Below, piece after piece: positions 39,585 through 54,137 of a stretch of 64,000 nucleotides of DNA. The position numbers and the translations under genes were made by a program. The DNA is from the human T2T-CHM13v2.0 reference genome, Homo sapiens: the NCBI RefSeq assembly GCF_009914755.1, contig NC_060935.1; one strand, given 5' to 3'. Each line of letters begins with the position of its first letter. Position 1 is the first letter of the stretch. The notes below the pieces were generated by a model. It searched no databases, had not been told where the DNA came from, and was given only the letters and a program-made list of their open reading frames with translations.

Positions 39585-40897
39585 GTCTTAAAGATAGTCT
39601 CTTGTATTCTTTTCTAGAAGCTTTATAGCTTAATTTTCTCTGTTTGTATCTATGACCCATCTCAAATTAATTTTTGTTTGTGGTCTGGAGTAAAGATTGA
39701 TGTTCATTTTGTCCCCATGTGAATATTCAATTGTTTCAGCATAATTTGTTTAAGAGACATCTTTTCCTACTGAGCTGCTATGAGGTTTCAGTCGAAGAAT
39801 GATGGGTGGGGCTACTTTGGACTTTCTCTTCTATTTCTTTGATCTGTCTATTCTTATGTCAATTTCACATTGCATTGATTATGGCAACTTTACAGATAAT
39901 CTTTTTTTCCTTTGTCGGTTTAAAAACATTTTATTTTATAGGCATACAATTTTAATTGCCTATATTTAAGGTGTATAACATCATGTTTTGTTATCCTTGT
40001 ACGTAAACACAGTGAAATGATGACTACAGTGAAGCAAATCAACATTTCTTCACATTTACTTTTGTTTGTGTAAAAGGACCTGAAATCTACCATCTTGGCA
40101 AATTTACAGGATAAAATATGTGATATGCACATTAGTCTTATTTATCCTACATAACTGCAACTTTGTACCCTTTGACCTACATCTCCTCATCTTCCCCCAA
40201 CCTGGTCCTGCCCCCTAGTAACAACCTTTCTACTCTGTTTCTGTGTATTCAGTTTTTTAGATTCTACATATGTGAGATCATGAAATGTTTTTATTTCTGT
40301 GCCTGTTTTATTTCTGTTTTTTCACCAGCTTTATTGCGGTATGATTGACAAATAAAAATTGCATATATTTAGGTTATACAATGTGATGTTTTTATACACA
40401 CATACATTGTGAAATGATTACCAAACTCAAGATAATTAACATATTCATCACCTCACATAGTTAGATTTTTTTGTATATAGTGAGAACACTTGAAATCTGC
40501 TTTCTTGGCAAATTTAAGATATAAAATGTGTTATTATTAGCTATAGTCATGATGCTGTACTTTAGATCTCTATTACTTGTTTGTCTTATAACTGAAGGTT
40601 TGTACCCTTTGGCCAATATCTTCCCCTTTCCCTGACCCATGTCCCTGGCAACCACCATTCTACTCTGTTACCATGAGTTCAACTTTTATTTTTTTAGATT
40701 CCACATATCAGGGAGATTATGCAGTATTTGTCTTTCTGTTTGGCTGATTTCACTTAGCATAGTGTACTCCAGGTTCACCCATGTTGCTGTAAATGGAGGG
40801 AACTCCATCTGTCAATGAACACTTAGGTTGTTTCTGTATCTTGGCTACTGTGAATAATTCTGCAATGAACCTGGGAATGCAGATACTTCTACGAGCT
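39585..40897 (-). mobile_element. Stacked L1M/L1MA fragments
   Basis: At least two reverse-complement L1MA 3' ends (about 39920 and about 40320), plus an older L1 fragment to their left. Confidence 0.75.
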
Positions 40898-41994
40898 ATA
40901 GTAATCTGCCCTGATCCTCGGGGAATACATTCCAAGACCCTCAGTGGGTACCTAAAACAGATACAGACAGGAGGCAGGGAATACTGGGTTGAAAGGGTGG
41001 AGTCTCTGGCGAGGGTTCCACCCTTAAGCCTGGACTCATGGCCCTAAATGAGAACTTCACATCCCAATTTTCCCGCCGGAATGTTGCTTTTTCCAAAACC
41101 ACCCTGTCCTGCTCTGCCCCACACCCTGTACCCATAAAAATCCCAAGCTCTAGCAGAGAAGCACAGCATAGTGGCAGAGAAGGAGAGAAGAGAAGAAGCA
41201 GCTGGACTTTGGAGAAAAGCAGCTTGACTTTGGAGGGAAGGCTTGATGGTGGGACTTCAGAGAAGAGATTGACTGTCCCCAGGCGGGACTCCAGGGGAAG
41301 ATTATCTTCCCACTCCATCCCCCTTCCAGCTCCCCTTCCCTCTGAGAGCCACCTTCACTACTCTATAAAATTTTCCACATACACCACCCTTCAATTCATT
41401 CATGTGACCTGATTCTTCCTGGATGCTGGACAAGAACTCAGGTGCCAAGAGGGCAGGGTGTAAAAGGCTGTCACCCTGACCCTCCACTGAGCTGGTTAGC
41501 ACTTAGCCATCTGTGAATGACAAATACTAAAAGCACTGATTGTAACACATGCCCTCTAGGGATCTGGGGTTTGTTGACACCCCCTCCCAGACAGCAGAGC
41601 TAAAAGAGCATTGTAACACGCTTGGACGCTGCCACAGGGCCCACACACAGCCTGCTTCTGCCAGAGAGGAGTGACCAGCCTATTCCGGCATTCATTCACT
41701 TCAGTTCCTGCACCCATTGGCTTGTGTGCTCCCTCCGGTAAGGGATTGATGGTGGCAGTTGAGCAAACGAGTCACCGCTTCATGAGTCGCATGAAGGGGT
41801 CAAGGGAAATACCCAATCTCAAAACCATGAATAGTACCAAACCCTATATATTTTATGTTTTTTTCCTCTACACACATATCTATGATAAAAGTTAATTTCA
41901 AAATTAGGAATAGCAAGAAATTAACAGCTAATAATAAAATAGAACAATTATACACTATAATAAAAGTTACGTGAAGGTGGTCTCTCTTTTTCTC
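40898..41994 (-). mobile_element. MER44/Tigger7-like DNA transposon remnant, interrupted by an LTR and truncated at 41994
   Basis: TAGTAATCTGCCCTGATCCTCGGGGAATACATTCCAAGACCCTCAGTGG resumes after the LTR as ATAGTACCAAACCCTATATA...TAATAAAAGTTACGTGAAGGTGGTCTCTC. Confidence 0.7.
40959..41821 (+). mobile_element. MER50-like ERV1 solo LTR
   Basis: Starts (A)GATACAGACAGGAGGCAGGGAATACTGGG and ends TCTCA. 4-bp TSD AAAC (40955-58 / 41822-25). Confidence 0.75.
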
Positions 41995-42158
41995 AAAACA
42001 AAAATGTCTGTCCTCACCCAGGTCCATGGGCACAGGCCCAGGAGTAGAGCCCTAGCCAGGGACCACCCCCTTCCCCTTCCCATCCCACGTCCCTTCCCCG
42101 TTCCATATCATTTAAAGGGATCATGCCCTTTCCTTCCCAGCACTTTCCTTCCATATAA
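41995..42158 (-). mobile_element. 5' part of an LTR1-family LTR, inverted
   Basis: Reverse complement reads AAGTGCTGGGAAGG...GGTCCCTGGCTAGGGCTC...GGACCTGGGTGAGGACAGACATTTTTGTTTT, which is the LTR1 5' region. Confidence 0.75.
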
Positions 42159-43004
42159 GTACGAATAAGGACTCTGAAAAGTATTAGATTTGTTCATTGA
42201 AATATACACAATATGAACAGGGGAGAATCCTTGGTATAAAATTGAATTATTTTTTATTTCATTTTCACCTCTCTACTTAGAGGAATTATATAATCTTCAG
42301 TCAAATAATTTCTATTAAGCAACTAAAATGAGATTTGTGTTGAAAAGATACAGGAATTTGTAAGTCATGGTCCATGTCCTTATGGAGGTCAATTACAAGA
42401 CTACACTAAAACCTTTTAGAAAAGAGTAAACAATGCAACACAGTGTGCAAGTGAGTCAGAATTTGAATGACGTCATGCAAGCATCCATTATGTGCTTTAG
42501 AAATCAGGGATGGCTATGTGGAGGAGGTTACTATCAATGGCAAATAGAAATGGTACTTCTAAATAGGTGGAGTAGAATGATTATAAGCAGGATATGGAAT
42601 GGAGCAGTGTGTTTGAGGGACACTGAGACTGTTCTGAGGAGAATATTTTTCCTGAATAAGAGTAAGAGATGAAGTTGGTGACATTAGGTAGGTAAGACTT
42701 TGATTTGGATGAGATTACATTATATTTTGAAAGCCATGTGGAATAAGTTAGGTATGAAACTTACTCTTTTTTGTTCTGTTTTTAGCTTTATTGAGGTATA
42801 ATTGATATACAAAAACTGCACGTTATCCATACAATTTGAATAAGTTTGGACATGTGTACACATATGATTCCATCACCATAATCAAGGTAATAAACGTAAC
42901 AATCACCTCCAAAAGTTTCCTTTGTCTTTGTTTTGGGGCGCGTGCAAGCACACACGCACGTGTGTGCATGTAAAAAACATGTAACCACAGATCTATCAGA
43001 GATC

Positions 43005-43971
<967 letters not shown>

Positions 43972-45044
43972 CTACCGTCACGTTGATTTTTTTCTAAATT
44001 TTTTTACATATATAGGAAACAAATGTCTTGGATTACAATTAGTAAGGTGATTCTAATAAAATAGTGGCCACAGAAAAAGCATGAGAGTCATTCTGTGAGT
44101 AAAAAACTTCTATTAGCCTCATCCCCCAAAATGAGGTTATTGATTTGTTAGCTCCCTATCATGCTTGAGGGCCTAGAAAGTAGTAGTGACTTTTAGACAC
44201 TGTTCAGATGCAAAAAATTGAAATCAAGAGATGGAAGCCATGAAACTGTAGTTCAATTAAAAGAAAAATTAGAGTCTGAAACATGAGGAGATCTAAAAGA
44301 TGTGAAGGCAAACAAAATGCACAAAATTTTCTAGGGTTTTTTTGTTGTTGTTGTTGGGGGCGGAGAAAGAAGTTTTTGTATTAAATTAACTTCTCATTTT
44401 AGAATAATTTTAAATGTATAGAAAAGTTGCAAAAATATTATAGAGATTTCCCATATACCTTGCACCCAATTTTTCCTTGTACCCAGTTTAAATGTTTCAA
44501 GTTAATATTACAATGGAATATTTGTCACAACCAATGAACCAATGTTGAAACCTTATTATTAGCTAAAGTTCATATTTTATTTTTATTGTCTTAGTTTTAA
44601 CCTCTTTTGTTCTTGGTTTTCCTGGCTAGAGATTTATCAATTTTATTCACCTTTAAAAATAAGTAATTTTGATTTTGTTGGGTTTTATTGTTTTCCTATT
44701 TTCAGTTTTTAAAATTCTGCTCTAAATTGTTCTTATTTTTCTATGCTTTTAAAAAATATTTACTTGTCTCTTGCTTCTGTGGATTCTAAGGTATAAGCAT
44801 AGTTTATTAATTTTAGATCTTTCTTATCTAATTTATTTTTTAATCTTCTAAATTTCCCTTTAAGCACTACTACATTCCACAAATTTTTGTAAGTTGTATT
44901 TTAGTTTTCATTTAGTTTAAAATATGTTTTTGTTTGTCTTAAAACTTCTTTAACCTATAAATTATGTAGATGCATGTTGTTTATTTTCCAAGAATTTGGG
45001 AAATTTTCATTTTCTTTTATTGATTTCTAGTTGTTGTGGTCTGC

Positions 45045-45500
45045 TAAGTGAAATAAACCCATCACAGCAGGACAAATGCTGCATATCTCCATTTATATGA
45101 GGTATCTATAATAGTCAAACTCATAGAAGCAGAGAATCCAATAACGGTTTCCAGGAGCTAAGAGGAGGGAGAAACAGGGAGTTGTTCACTGAGTGTAAAT
45201 TTTCAGTTATGCTAGATGAATATGTTCTAAAGATCTGCCATACAACATAGTGTGTATAGTTAACACAATGGACTTCAAAATTTGTTAACAGGGTACATCT
45301 CATCTTAAGTATTCTTACTACAAAAACAAACAACATAAATGGACACAAGAAAACTTGGGGAAGTAATGAATATGTCAGTTACCTCGATTGTGGTGATGCC
45401 ATCAAGGATGTTTACATATGTCCAAACTCATCGAATTATACACATTTAAATATGTGGTTATGTATCAATTCTACTTCAGTAAAATGGTTTAAAAACAAAA
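45045..45500 (+). mobile_element. L1MA/MB 3' end
   Basis: Contains GCTAAGTGAAATAA...AGTCAAACTCATAGAAGCAGAGA...GATTGTGGTGATG...TATGTCCAAACTCATC. Confidence 0.75.
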
Positions 45501-46344
45501 ATATCCTTTCTTCCCCTTAAACTGTTTTGGTATTTTGCTTCATCTCTAAGATGGCTCAGATACAGATAGGCTAAGGCTACTGATGCAGACCAGGTTGTTT
45601 GGAAGTTCTCCACAAGTAATGATCATGGGCATTCAAACACAGAGGTGTTGTTAACAGGGCAGAACAGGAAGCAGTAGGCATTAAGAGCACGTATCAGAGT
45701 CAGACTTCAGTGGAAACTGTTCACATGCAATCAATCAGAGCCCCACAGCTGCTGTCCTGCTGTCAAAGTTACAAAGATTGGACACGAGGTCATGGAGCTT
45801 CTATGATGGTGTCTAGTAGTTGGTTGAACAGACTTGTGAGAGTCAAGGAACACAGAAAAAAATAGTCAACTGGCCAACGTAAAGAGTCAGAAATATGGAA
45901 GGATATGGAAACTGAGCTCTCTTAATACAGGTAAAATCAGGAGATATATTAAAATAAATAACTGGGATTTTATAAAAGATAACTGGGAAACGATCATTTC
46001 TGGGTTTGCAAAATCAGCAATAGTTTGGGTTGTTCAGGAGTTGACAAATTTGTACTCTAGATTTCCATAAACTTTTCTAATGAAGTATAGAATTGACTCA
46101 GAGTTGGGGATGATTGGCCTTTGCAGGAGATGGCAAACTGGGGAGTCAGAAGAAAGGAGGTGTCAGGTAGCAAATCACTGGCTGCCTCACTTAAACCTGC
46201 TGGGTATTTTCCGACAATCTCCAACTATACTGTCATTTCAGTCCTCCTTAACTATGTCTACTTTTTAAATTTATTTTTTTTCTCTGATAAGACACACAAG
46301 AAACATTTTAAACATCTTAACATTTTAAAGTATATGTCTGCTCA

Positions 46345-47280
46345 AGGCCCTCCATATGGTACCTGGGTATCACTGCTGGTTACTCAGGGCCCAAGGGCTC
46401 TTCAGTTAGCAGGTGATGAATGCTGCCAGGACTGGGTCCTTTCCTTTAATGCAGTGGGTTTCCTTCTGGCCCAGTGTGTGTCTAGAAATGTTGTCTGGGA
46501 GCTATGGCCTAGAACAGAGGCTTCCCCTCTCTGACGGGTGCCCTCTCTTGCTATGGCTGAGGTGACATCCAAGATGCAAGACAGAGTCCTCCCCACTCTT
46601 CCATTTCCTCTCCTCAGGTGGAAGGAAGGGGTCTCTTTTGGAGCCATTAGCTGTGCAACCTGAGGTTAGGGGAGGGGTGATGCCAGCACTCTCTTGGCTG
46701 CCCTGGCTGGTGTCTCAGTATGTCATGCGTCCCCCTGTTCCACTGTCTCTGGGCCTAGTTTAGCACTGGGTGCTGCCTAAGAGTTGTAGTTCTTATAGCC
46801 TTCAAGTGTGCCTGGAGACACAGAGCGCTGTAGCCTGCAGTGGTAAGGTTTGCTGGAGCTCAAGTTCCGACTGCTGGGATCGGAGGTTCCCCTCTGGCTA
46901 GGGCTGGTTTAAATGCTCCCTCTGTGGGCAGACATCAGCTGAGTTTGGTCCGTCTTTCCTTTCTGCTCTAACAGGACAGCACTGAGTTCAATGCCTCACA
47001 ATTGCTGTGTTCTCCTTCCCCCAGTGCCCAGAGATGCTCTCATGACCAGGCTGCAGCTGCTGGGGGTGGGGGAGGAGTGGTGTCCATGATTCAAGACTGT
47101 TTATTTCTCTCTTCAGTGCCTCTTTCAGAGATATGCAGTTAAAACCTGGTGCTATGCGTTTTCACCTGATTTTTGGTTCTTATGAAGGTGGTTTTTCTGT
47201 GCGGATAGTTGTTAAATTGCTGTCCTTGTTGGGGGGATGATGGGTGGAGCTTTCTATTCTGCCATCTTGCTCTGCCCTCC
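46345..47280 (-). mobile_element. Old L1 5' UTR (L1M1/L1M2-type)
   Basis: CAGGGCCCAAGGGCTCTT...TTCTATTCTGCCATCTTGCTCTGCCCTCC is the reverse complement of an L1 5' terminus carrying AAGATGGC. Confidence 0.7.
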
Positions 47281-48280
47281 CCAATTATCACTATTCTATA
47301 CATATGTTTGAAACTGTGATAACCAAAAATTACTTAAAAATTACAAGTAAGACCTTACTTCAGGAGGGCTTCACCATTATGAGTGAACTCTACTGCTGTA
47401 GACAAAAAGTGCTGACAAGAAAGTGGCAGAAAACCATTTCCTATTCCATTAAAAAATTTCACCATGTTATCACATTCTTACATGACTCTAATTTAAGTAA
47501 TAACCAAGTAGTAAGCATGTGAAAACTGCCAGTAACAAAACTTGAGAGCATTTTACTATTAATCATTAGTATTACACTGAAAATATCTTGGTACTGTGAG
47601 GCAAAGTACTACAAAGAATATTACATTTTGACTTTATGTTTACCTGTTCTCAGCCATGACCTGCAGTGTAGGTATAGAAACCACAGCAGACATTTTAGTG
47701 ATAGGAAGGCACCACGCACTTAAAAGGAGTTTACATGCAACTGGCAATTTGGGAAAGACAAAGGCTCTTGGTTTTACTTATTTCATGCTGTGAACCCAGT
47801 TGAGTCCCTTTATTCATACACCACTTATTGAACAATCTATGCACGTGTAAGTAATAAGTACGAATATGGACTCTGGTCTAATTAAAATTAGTAAGTGCCA
47901 AGTATAACCTTTATAATTTTTCTCCAGTGCTTATGTTCTTTGAATCTAGTATGTGTTTGTACATGGTTTGGTTTCAGAAAGACGGCATTTCCGGAAGATA
48001 TAAATACTAGCTGATGTGTTATTTCTTTTATTTCTCACGGCTAAGTCAGATTTTTCATCTGCACTGCTAGAAAATCATCCTTCACATCTATATTGAAAAG
48101 CCACAGAGTCACCCTGAAAAACATTATAAACGTCTCTGAATTGTAGCTTTTGCATCTATAGAATGGGAATAATATTCTTGTACCCCATAGTGCTGTGGGG
48201 GAAAGAAATCGTTTAACATTCATGAAAGTGCCTGAACAGTTCTAAGCATGTGGTAAACATGAAATAAATAGAAATATCGC

Positions 48281-48583
<303 letters not shown>

Positions 48584-49754
48584 TAAATATTCATACCTTT
48601 GTTTGCTGATACCTCAAAAACCTCTTATGCTGTCTTTCAGATCTCTTTCTTTTGAACATAGAACTGTCATCACAGTGTCCTGTGCTCAGACCTTAATTAG
48701 CTTTCTTCCAAACTCTTGTCCTGAAGCTAGAGAGATATCCATATTTTTTCCTGCTTTGGTCTCTCTTGCCTCTGAGGAAGTGCTGTTAAAAACTCTGGTT
48801 TGAAGGTGAGTGTAAAATATACCAAGACAAAGTGCACACTGTTACTGTAGTCCAAGCATCATGCAAGATTGCCATTCTGCAGTCCAGGTCCTCCTACAGG
48901 CCCAGAGGGCCATGGACTACATCAGGTCAAGCCAGAGTACTTAGCACATGCTGGGCACCCCGTCAGTGTTTCTGGAATGAATTAATTTCATATTTATTAT
49001 TTCTTACTCTGAATTCTCCTCACTAGGAAACTCAAATCCTTCTTGGATGTCAAGTACAAATAGTTTGTACTAACCATTCGGTTACTTTTTAGAGCCATAA
49101 TTTCTATGTTTTTGAAGCAGTGCCAGTAGTCCAAGTACTCACTTAAGGGGAATCTAGTCTAGATCAGTGCTGATACATCATCGTTAGCACTTTATGTGAA
49201 TTTTTTCTTTCACATTAATTGTTGTAAGTGAGGCTTCACTGATATGAAAAAAGAGGTAAAAAAGTAGGAGGGAAGTCATGAGTAGCTAAAATAATAGAAG
49301 GTGAAACAGATTTTATCTCCTTGATTATTTACTTATTACATGCCTAATTTTGGGCAAATATCCAACCGCTATCATCCTCAGTTACCTAATAGTAAAATAG
49401 GTACATTAGCATTTGCTCTGCTGAGTCAAGAGGATTACCAACAAGGCATGGGAAGTCCTTAGAACATTCAATCAAAGTTATCCGTACAGTTCTTTGGGTT
49501 TTCAGGGATTGAGCAGTACCAATATCCACTCTCATAGCATAGAACACAAATAGAGAAAGTTCTGAGATGTATCTGTGTATCCCATATTTCAGGGATCCTG
49601 GGGTCTTTTACTGCTAACATGAGGAACAGGCAGAGAACTGCAACTACCTAGTTGAAAAACTTGAATTTTGTTTCACATTTTATCGTGTTAGTGGGATAAT
49701 GAATACCTAACTCAAATTTTCTTCTTCTCTTTCTACATAAAATTTCCAGAGAAA

Positions 49755-50687
49755 ATGGTAAAAGGAAATCATTCCACGGTGACTGAATTTAATCTCGCTG
49801 GGCTAACAGACAAACCAGAGCTCCAGCTGCCTCTTTTCCTCCTCTTCCTGGGAATCTATGTGGTCACAGTGGTGGGCAACCTGAGCATGATCACTCTAAT
49901 AGGGTTCAGTTCTCACCTGCACACCCCCATGTACCATTTCCTCAGCAGTCTGTCCTTCATTGATCTCTGCCAGTCTTCTGTCATTACCCCAAAAATGCTG
50001 GTGAATTTTGTGTCAGAGAGGAATATTATCTCCTACCCAGCATGCATGACTCAGCTCTACTTCTTCCTTGTTCTTGTCATATCTGAATGTCACATGTTGG
50101 CTGCAATGGCTTATGACCACTACATTGCCATATGTAACCCACTGCTTTACCATGTCGCCATGTCTTATCAGGTCTGCTCCTGGATGGTAGTTGAGGTGTA
50201 TTTTATGGGCTTTATTGGTGCTACATGCTCACACAGTCTGCATGCTAAGAGTGCTTTTCTGTAAGGCTGATGTAATCAACCATTACTTCTGTGATCTTTT
50301 CCCACTACTGGAGCTCTCCCGCTCCAGTATTTCTATCAATGAAATAGTAGTTTGTGCTTCAGTGCATTTAATATCCTTTTCCGCAGCCTCACCATCCTTA
50401 GCTCTTACATCTTCATCGTTGCCAGCATCCTCTGCATTCGCTCCACTGAGGGCAGGTCCAAAACCTTCAGCACTTGCAGCTCCCACATCTCGGCTGTTTC
50501 TGTTTTCTTTGGGTCTGCAGCATTCATGTACCTGCAGCCATCATCCGTCAGCTCCATGGACCAGGGGAAAGTCTTCTGTGTTTTATGCTACTGTTGTGCC
50601 CATGCTGAACCCCCAATCTACAGCCTGAGGAATAAAGATGTCAAAGTTGCCTTAATTAAGTTCCTTGAAAAAAGAAGTTTCCTGTGA
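49755..50687 (+). pseudogene. OR8F1P: Olfactory receptor family 8 pseudogene with four frameshifts
   Basis: Reads [12 protein letters not shown]...LHTPMYHFL...[17 protein letters not shown] homology changes frame at about 50226 (+1), 50353 (-1), 50571 (-2) and 50614 (-1). A frame-0 stop lies at 50262-64. Confidence 0.82.
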
Positions 50688-50730
50688 AAGTTGCCTTAAA
50701 TAAGCTCCTTGAAAAAAGAAGTTTCCTATG
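50643..50730 (+). repeat. 44-bp tandem duplication of the OR8F1P C-terminal coding end
   Basis: Copies at 50643-50686 and 50687-50730 differ at 3 positions. Confidence 0.9.
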
Positions 50731-51358
50731 AAGGGGGGTATTTTGCTTTAGCAAAAACTTTTAATTTCTGGAAAAGGTTTGATAAGGAAACAATCTAGAG
50801 ACAGTAAGGTATGTCCACAAGTAATGAGATGGCTGCTACTACTTGGTTATTTGGAAGAAAGATGCCAAGGGTAAGGCTGAATTCATAGGATCAGTTACAT
50901 GTTGGGAGCATTTATGGGATGCCACAGAGTTCATCCACTCAGAGTAACACGTATCACTTCTAAACATTTAAAAAAAATTCATAAGCCTCCGTGTGTGATT
51001 ATACTTTATATGTATGGAATATGGCACTTTTTAAGGCAAGACTTATTTACCTTACTTTAAGGAATAAATATATCTTGTCAGTCCCCATGATATTCTCAAT
51101 ACCTGTGTACCTGGGTTTTTCTACTAAGTGTATAGGTAAACACTTCTCAAAGTGTGATCTCCAAAATAAATAATTGCAACCATTTTGAATACCAGATTCA
51201 ATCACTAATTCTTACTAAGCATGTAGAAATATATTAGGGAATATGGAGGCATATGATGGGTAATAAAACAGTTTCTACCCATAAGGAGATAATACTTAGT
51301 GGAAGAGATTGACAGCAATAAATATTGCTAAATACATTTTGTGTATTTTGACATATAT

Positions 51359-53524
51359 TTATGGCAAGGCCCCCACTACCGGCCTGGGTCTCACACCTCC
51401 AAGGGAGACTGTGCGTCAGGCGTGGAATAGTGGGGGGTGTGTGAGTGAGCATGGGGTCTGGCCATTGCTTACAGTCAGACACACCAGCTGCTGTTGCGGG
51501 ATGGGCAGCTCCAGGTGCTGACACTCTCTGCAAGGCTGCAGCTGGACTAGGTGCACTGCAAGCAGCTTCCTCAGCTGGCACCGGGGAATGTGGTGGCACC
51601 TAAACGCTTGGAGACACCAGGAACTGCAGGGCCCCAAAGAAGAAGTCACAGTGCTGTCTTGGGGAGCTCCCAGGTCTGGGATCCCCAAAGGGCCGCAGCT
51701 CTTCTCTCCTGTTCACCCACAACATGGTGAGCAAGGGGCATGTTTCAGCCCTATTTCTGTTGCAGCTCTTTTAGCCTTGCCATTCAGTGGGTCCCAGGTT
51801 CTCGTCCTGAGACCAGAAAGAATAAGGCACGCAGACAAGTGGAAGGTAAGCAAGACACAGAGGAGCTTTATCGCACAATAGAACAGCTCAGAGGAGACCT
51901 GCAATGGGCAGCTCCTCTCCATAGCAGGGTTTCCCAATGAGTGTCAAGCTCTCAGCAGAGAGGGTAGTTCCTCTCTGCAGGTGGTCACCCAGTCATCTCT
52001 TCAGCTCTCAGCAGAGAGGGTATCTCCTCTCTGCTAGGCAGGTCATCCCGTCAAGTGCCCAGCTCTTAGCAGAGAGGGTAGTTTCTCCCTGCAGCTGGTC
52101 GTCCTATCATCTCCTTGGTTCTCAGCAGACAGGAAACCCTGGGGTGGTCAGCTCCTCTCTGCAGCTGGTCATCTCATCATCTCCCTTTGTCTCTCCATCC
52201 TCTGCTCCAGTTTGGCCGACTCTGGAGTTTTTATGGGCCTCAGAGGGGAGAAACCGTGTACTGATTAGTCCATGAGTCGCCGTAGGGAAAAGCACCATAA
52301 GTTCCCCCTCTGGTCTGTGGGACTGGTGACCCCATCCCCAAGCTTCAGGCCCTCTCCAGCTTGGAGGTAGGGCTTCACCAAGGACCCGCCACCTTCTGCC
52401 CAGGAGCCCGCCTGAGCATGTGCACCCCCGGCTGGGCTACAACAATGCCCGGGCTTGGTCCTGACTCAGAGCTGGCACCAACAGCAGAGAGAAGCCAGGC
52501 AGAGGGAGCAGGCACCCTCATCCCACCGAGGGCCAGGGGAGCCTTCCCAGGCCCCCAAGTCTGCAGAGATGCCTGGGCCTGCAGCCACAGCAGACATGGC
52601 AGGATGGCTGCAGCTGCACCCAGGGAGTTCCCACCCTGCCAGCTTGGAAGGGGCCGGACTCCTGCTTATCCTTGGCCCTGCAGCATGCAGCCCCAGCCAC
52701 GCCTCCTTTAAGCCTGGGGCAGGGGCTCCAAGTCCTTGCTGGGCCTGGGCTGGCATCCAGGGCAGGAGTGACATCAACATAAGTTCTTCCCATGGCCCTG
52801 GTGCTCAGGGGTGGCCCAGGGCTCCCACTTGGTCAGCTTGTGACCCTGCCTCAGGGGCACCTCTAGGAGCCGATTTCAGGTCCTGGGACTAGAGGTCAGG
52901 AGTGTCAGGCTTGGTGGTTGTCCAGATGCAGGGCAGACCCCTGAGACTCAACCCCCAGTGCAGAGCCTTTTCTCAGGGCACAGGAACCTGGCACCATCAG
53001 CAAGGTGGGCATGGTGGCCATGCCACTGGCCAGGTCCCCAAAGCAGATGTTACCTCTGGCCCATCCTCCACACTCCATCTCCAACCACAGCACCATGCTG
53101 GGCCCAGCTCTGCCTCGGGGCCATCTCTGCCAGGCCTCCATGCCCAACCGTGCTGCTCCCCCACCAGGCAACTCGGCCCAGCCCCTTCGTGGTGGTCCCC
53201 ACCATGACAGGCTCCAGGTGGCTTCCAGGGGCGGGGTCCAGAGACTGTCTGCCTCCTCCCCAGCCCCTCCCCACAGCAGTGGCAGGCAAGAGTGGTGACA
53301 TGGGGCCAGGGTCAGGAGCCACAGAGTCTCTAGGCCTAGGGGTGGGTCTTACCTGGTCATGCAAAGGTGGGGGTGGCTCAGTTGCCTGCCTTGGAGACAT
53401 GGGGGACAGGGGTCCCACCACCGTTATTGCTGCCCCTGCAGCCTCTCCTGCCACAACCGCTGGCCTCCCCACTGCAGCTGGCACCATGGTAGCAGCGGTT
53501 CTGGATGGCCTACTTTTGCCATCA
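51359..53524 (-). mobile_element. Long GC-rich MER52-family solo LTR (about 2.17 kb, MER52D-like)
   Basis: Minus strand starts TGATGGCAAAAGTAGGCCATCCAG and ends TTGCCATAA. 4-bp TSD ATAT (51355-58 / 53525-28). It accounts for the dense spurious ORFs here. Confidence 0.82.
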
Positions 53525-54137
53525 ATATAACGTTTAACAAAACATGAAATATAATTTTACTTCCAAAATAATTTAGTTTTATATAAGTACAAAAATAACT
53601 TCTGTAACACATATGTCTTTATTGTTCCTCAATATCATTCTTATTTTTTGATGAAAAAAGTCATCAACTCTCCTTGTTAGGCTTACTAGGAACTCCTCAG
53701 GGTCTTGGCAATATCTATCATATTTTAACTTGGGGACTGAATGAAAGCATTTTCTTCTTCATTGATCTGAAAGGAAACAGCCCTCAAGTTAAAACATTTC
53801 AAGCATTACTGTTTTATGAATACATCATGATATCAAAATATCATTAGTAGAGGTAAATGAAAATGAAAACTTTCAAATTTTAGAAACATTTGTTGTTATT
53901 TCTGATTTTCTATTTTCCCCTTGTGACAAATCACTTTAGACAATTCCTTTAATGTATGTTTTAAAAATTGGCTGAAATTTTGAACTTTTCATTGTCTCAC
54001 TAAAGAGATGAAACTCACTAGAGCTCCAACAAAGTCTCTCACATCCTCATTTCCAATCTGTAATATTACAAGAACAATGAATCACAACATATGCCAATAG
54101 GGAAACACTTGAGAACCAAGAGGGGGAAAGGGAAATT

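Noticed and set aside
51234-53612. Many ORFs up to 190 aa
   Set aside because: They fall almost entirely inside the GC-rich MER52 LTR and show no protein-family motifs.
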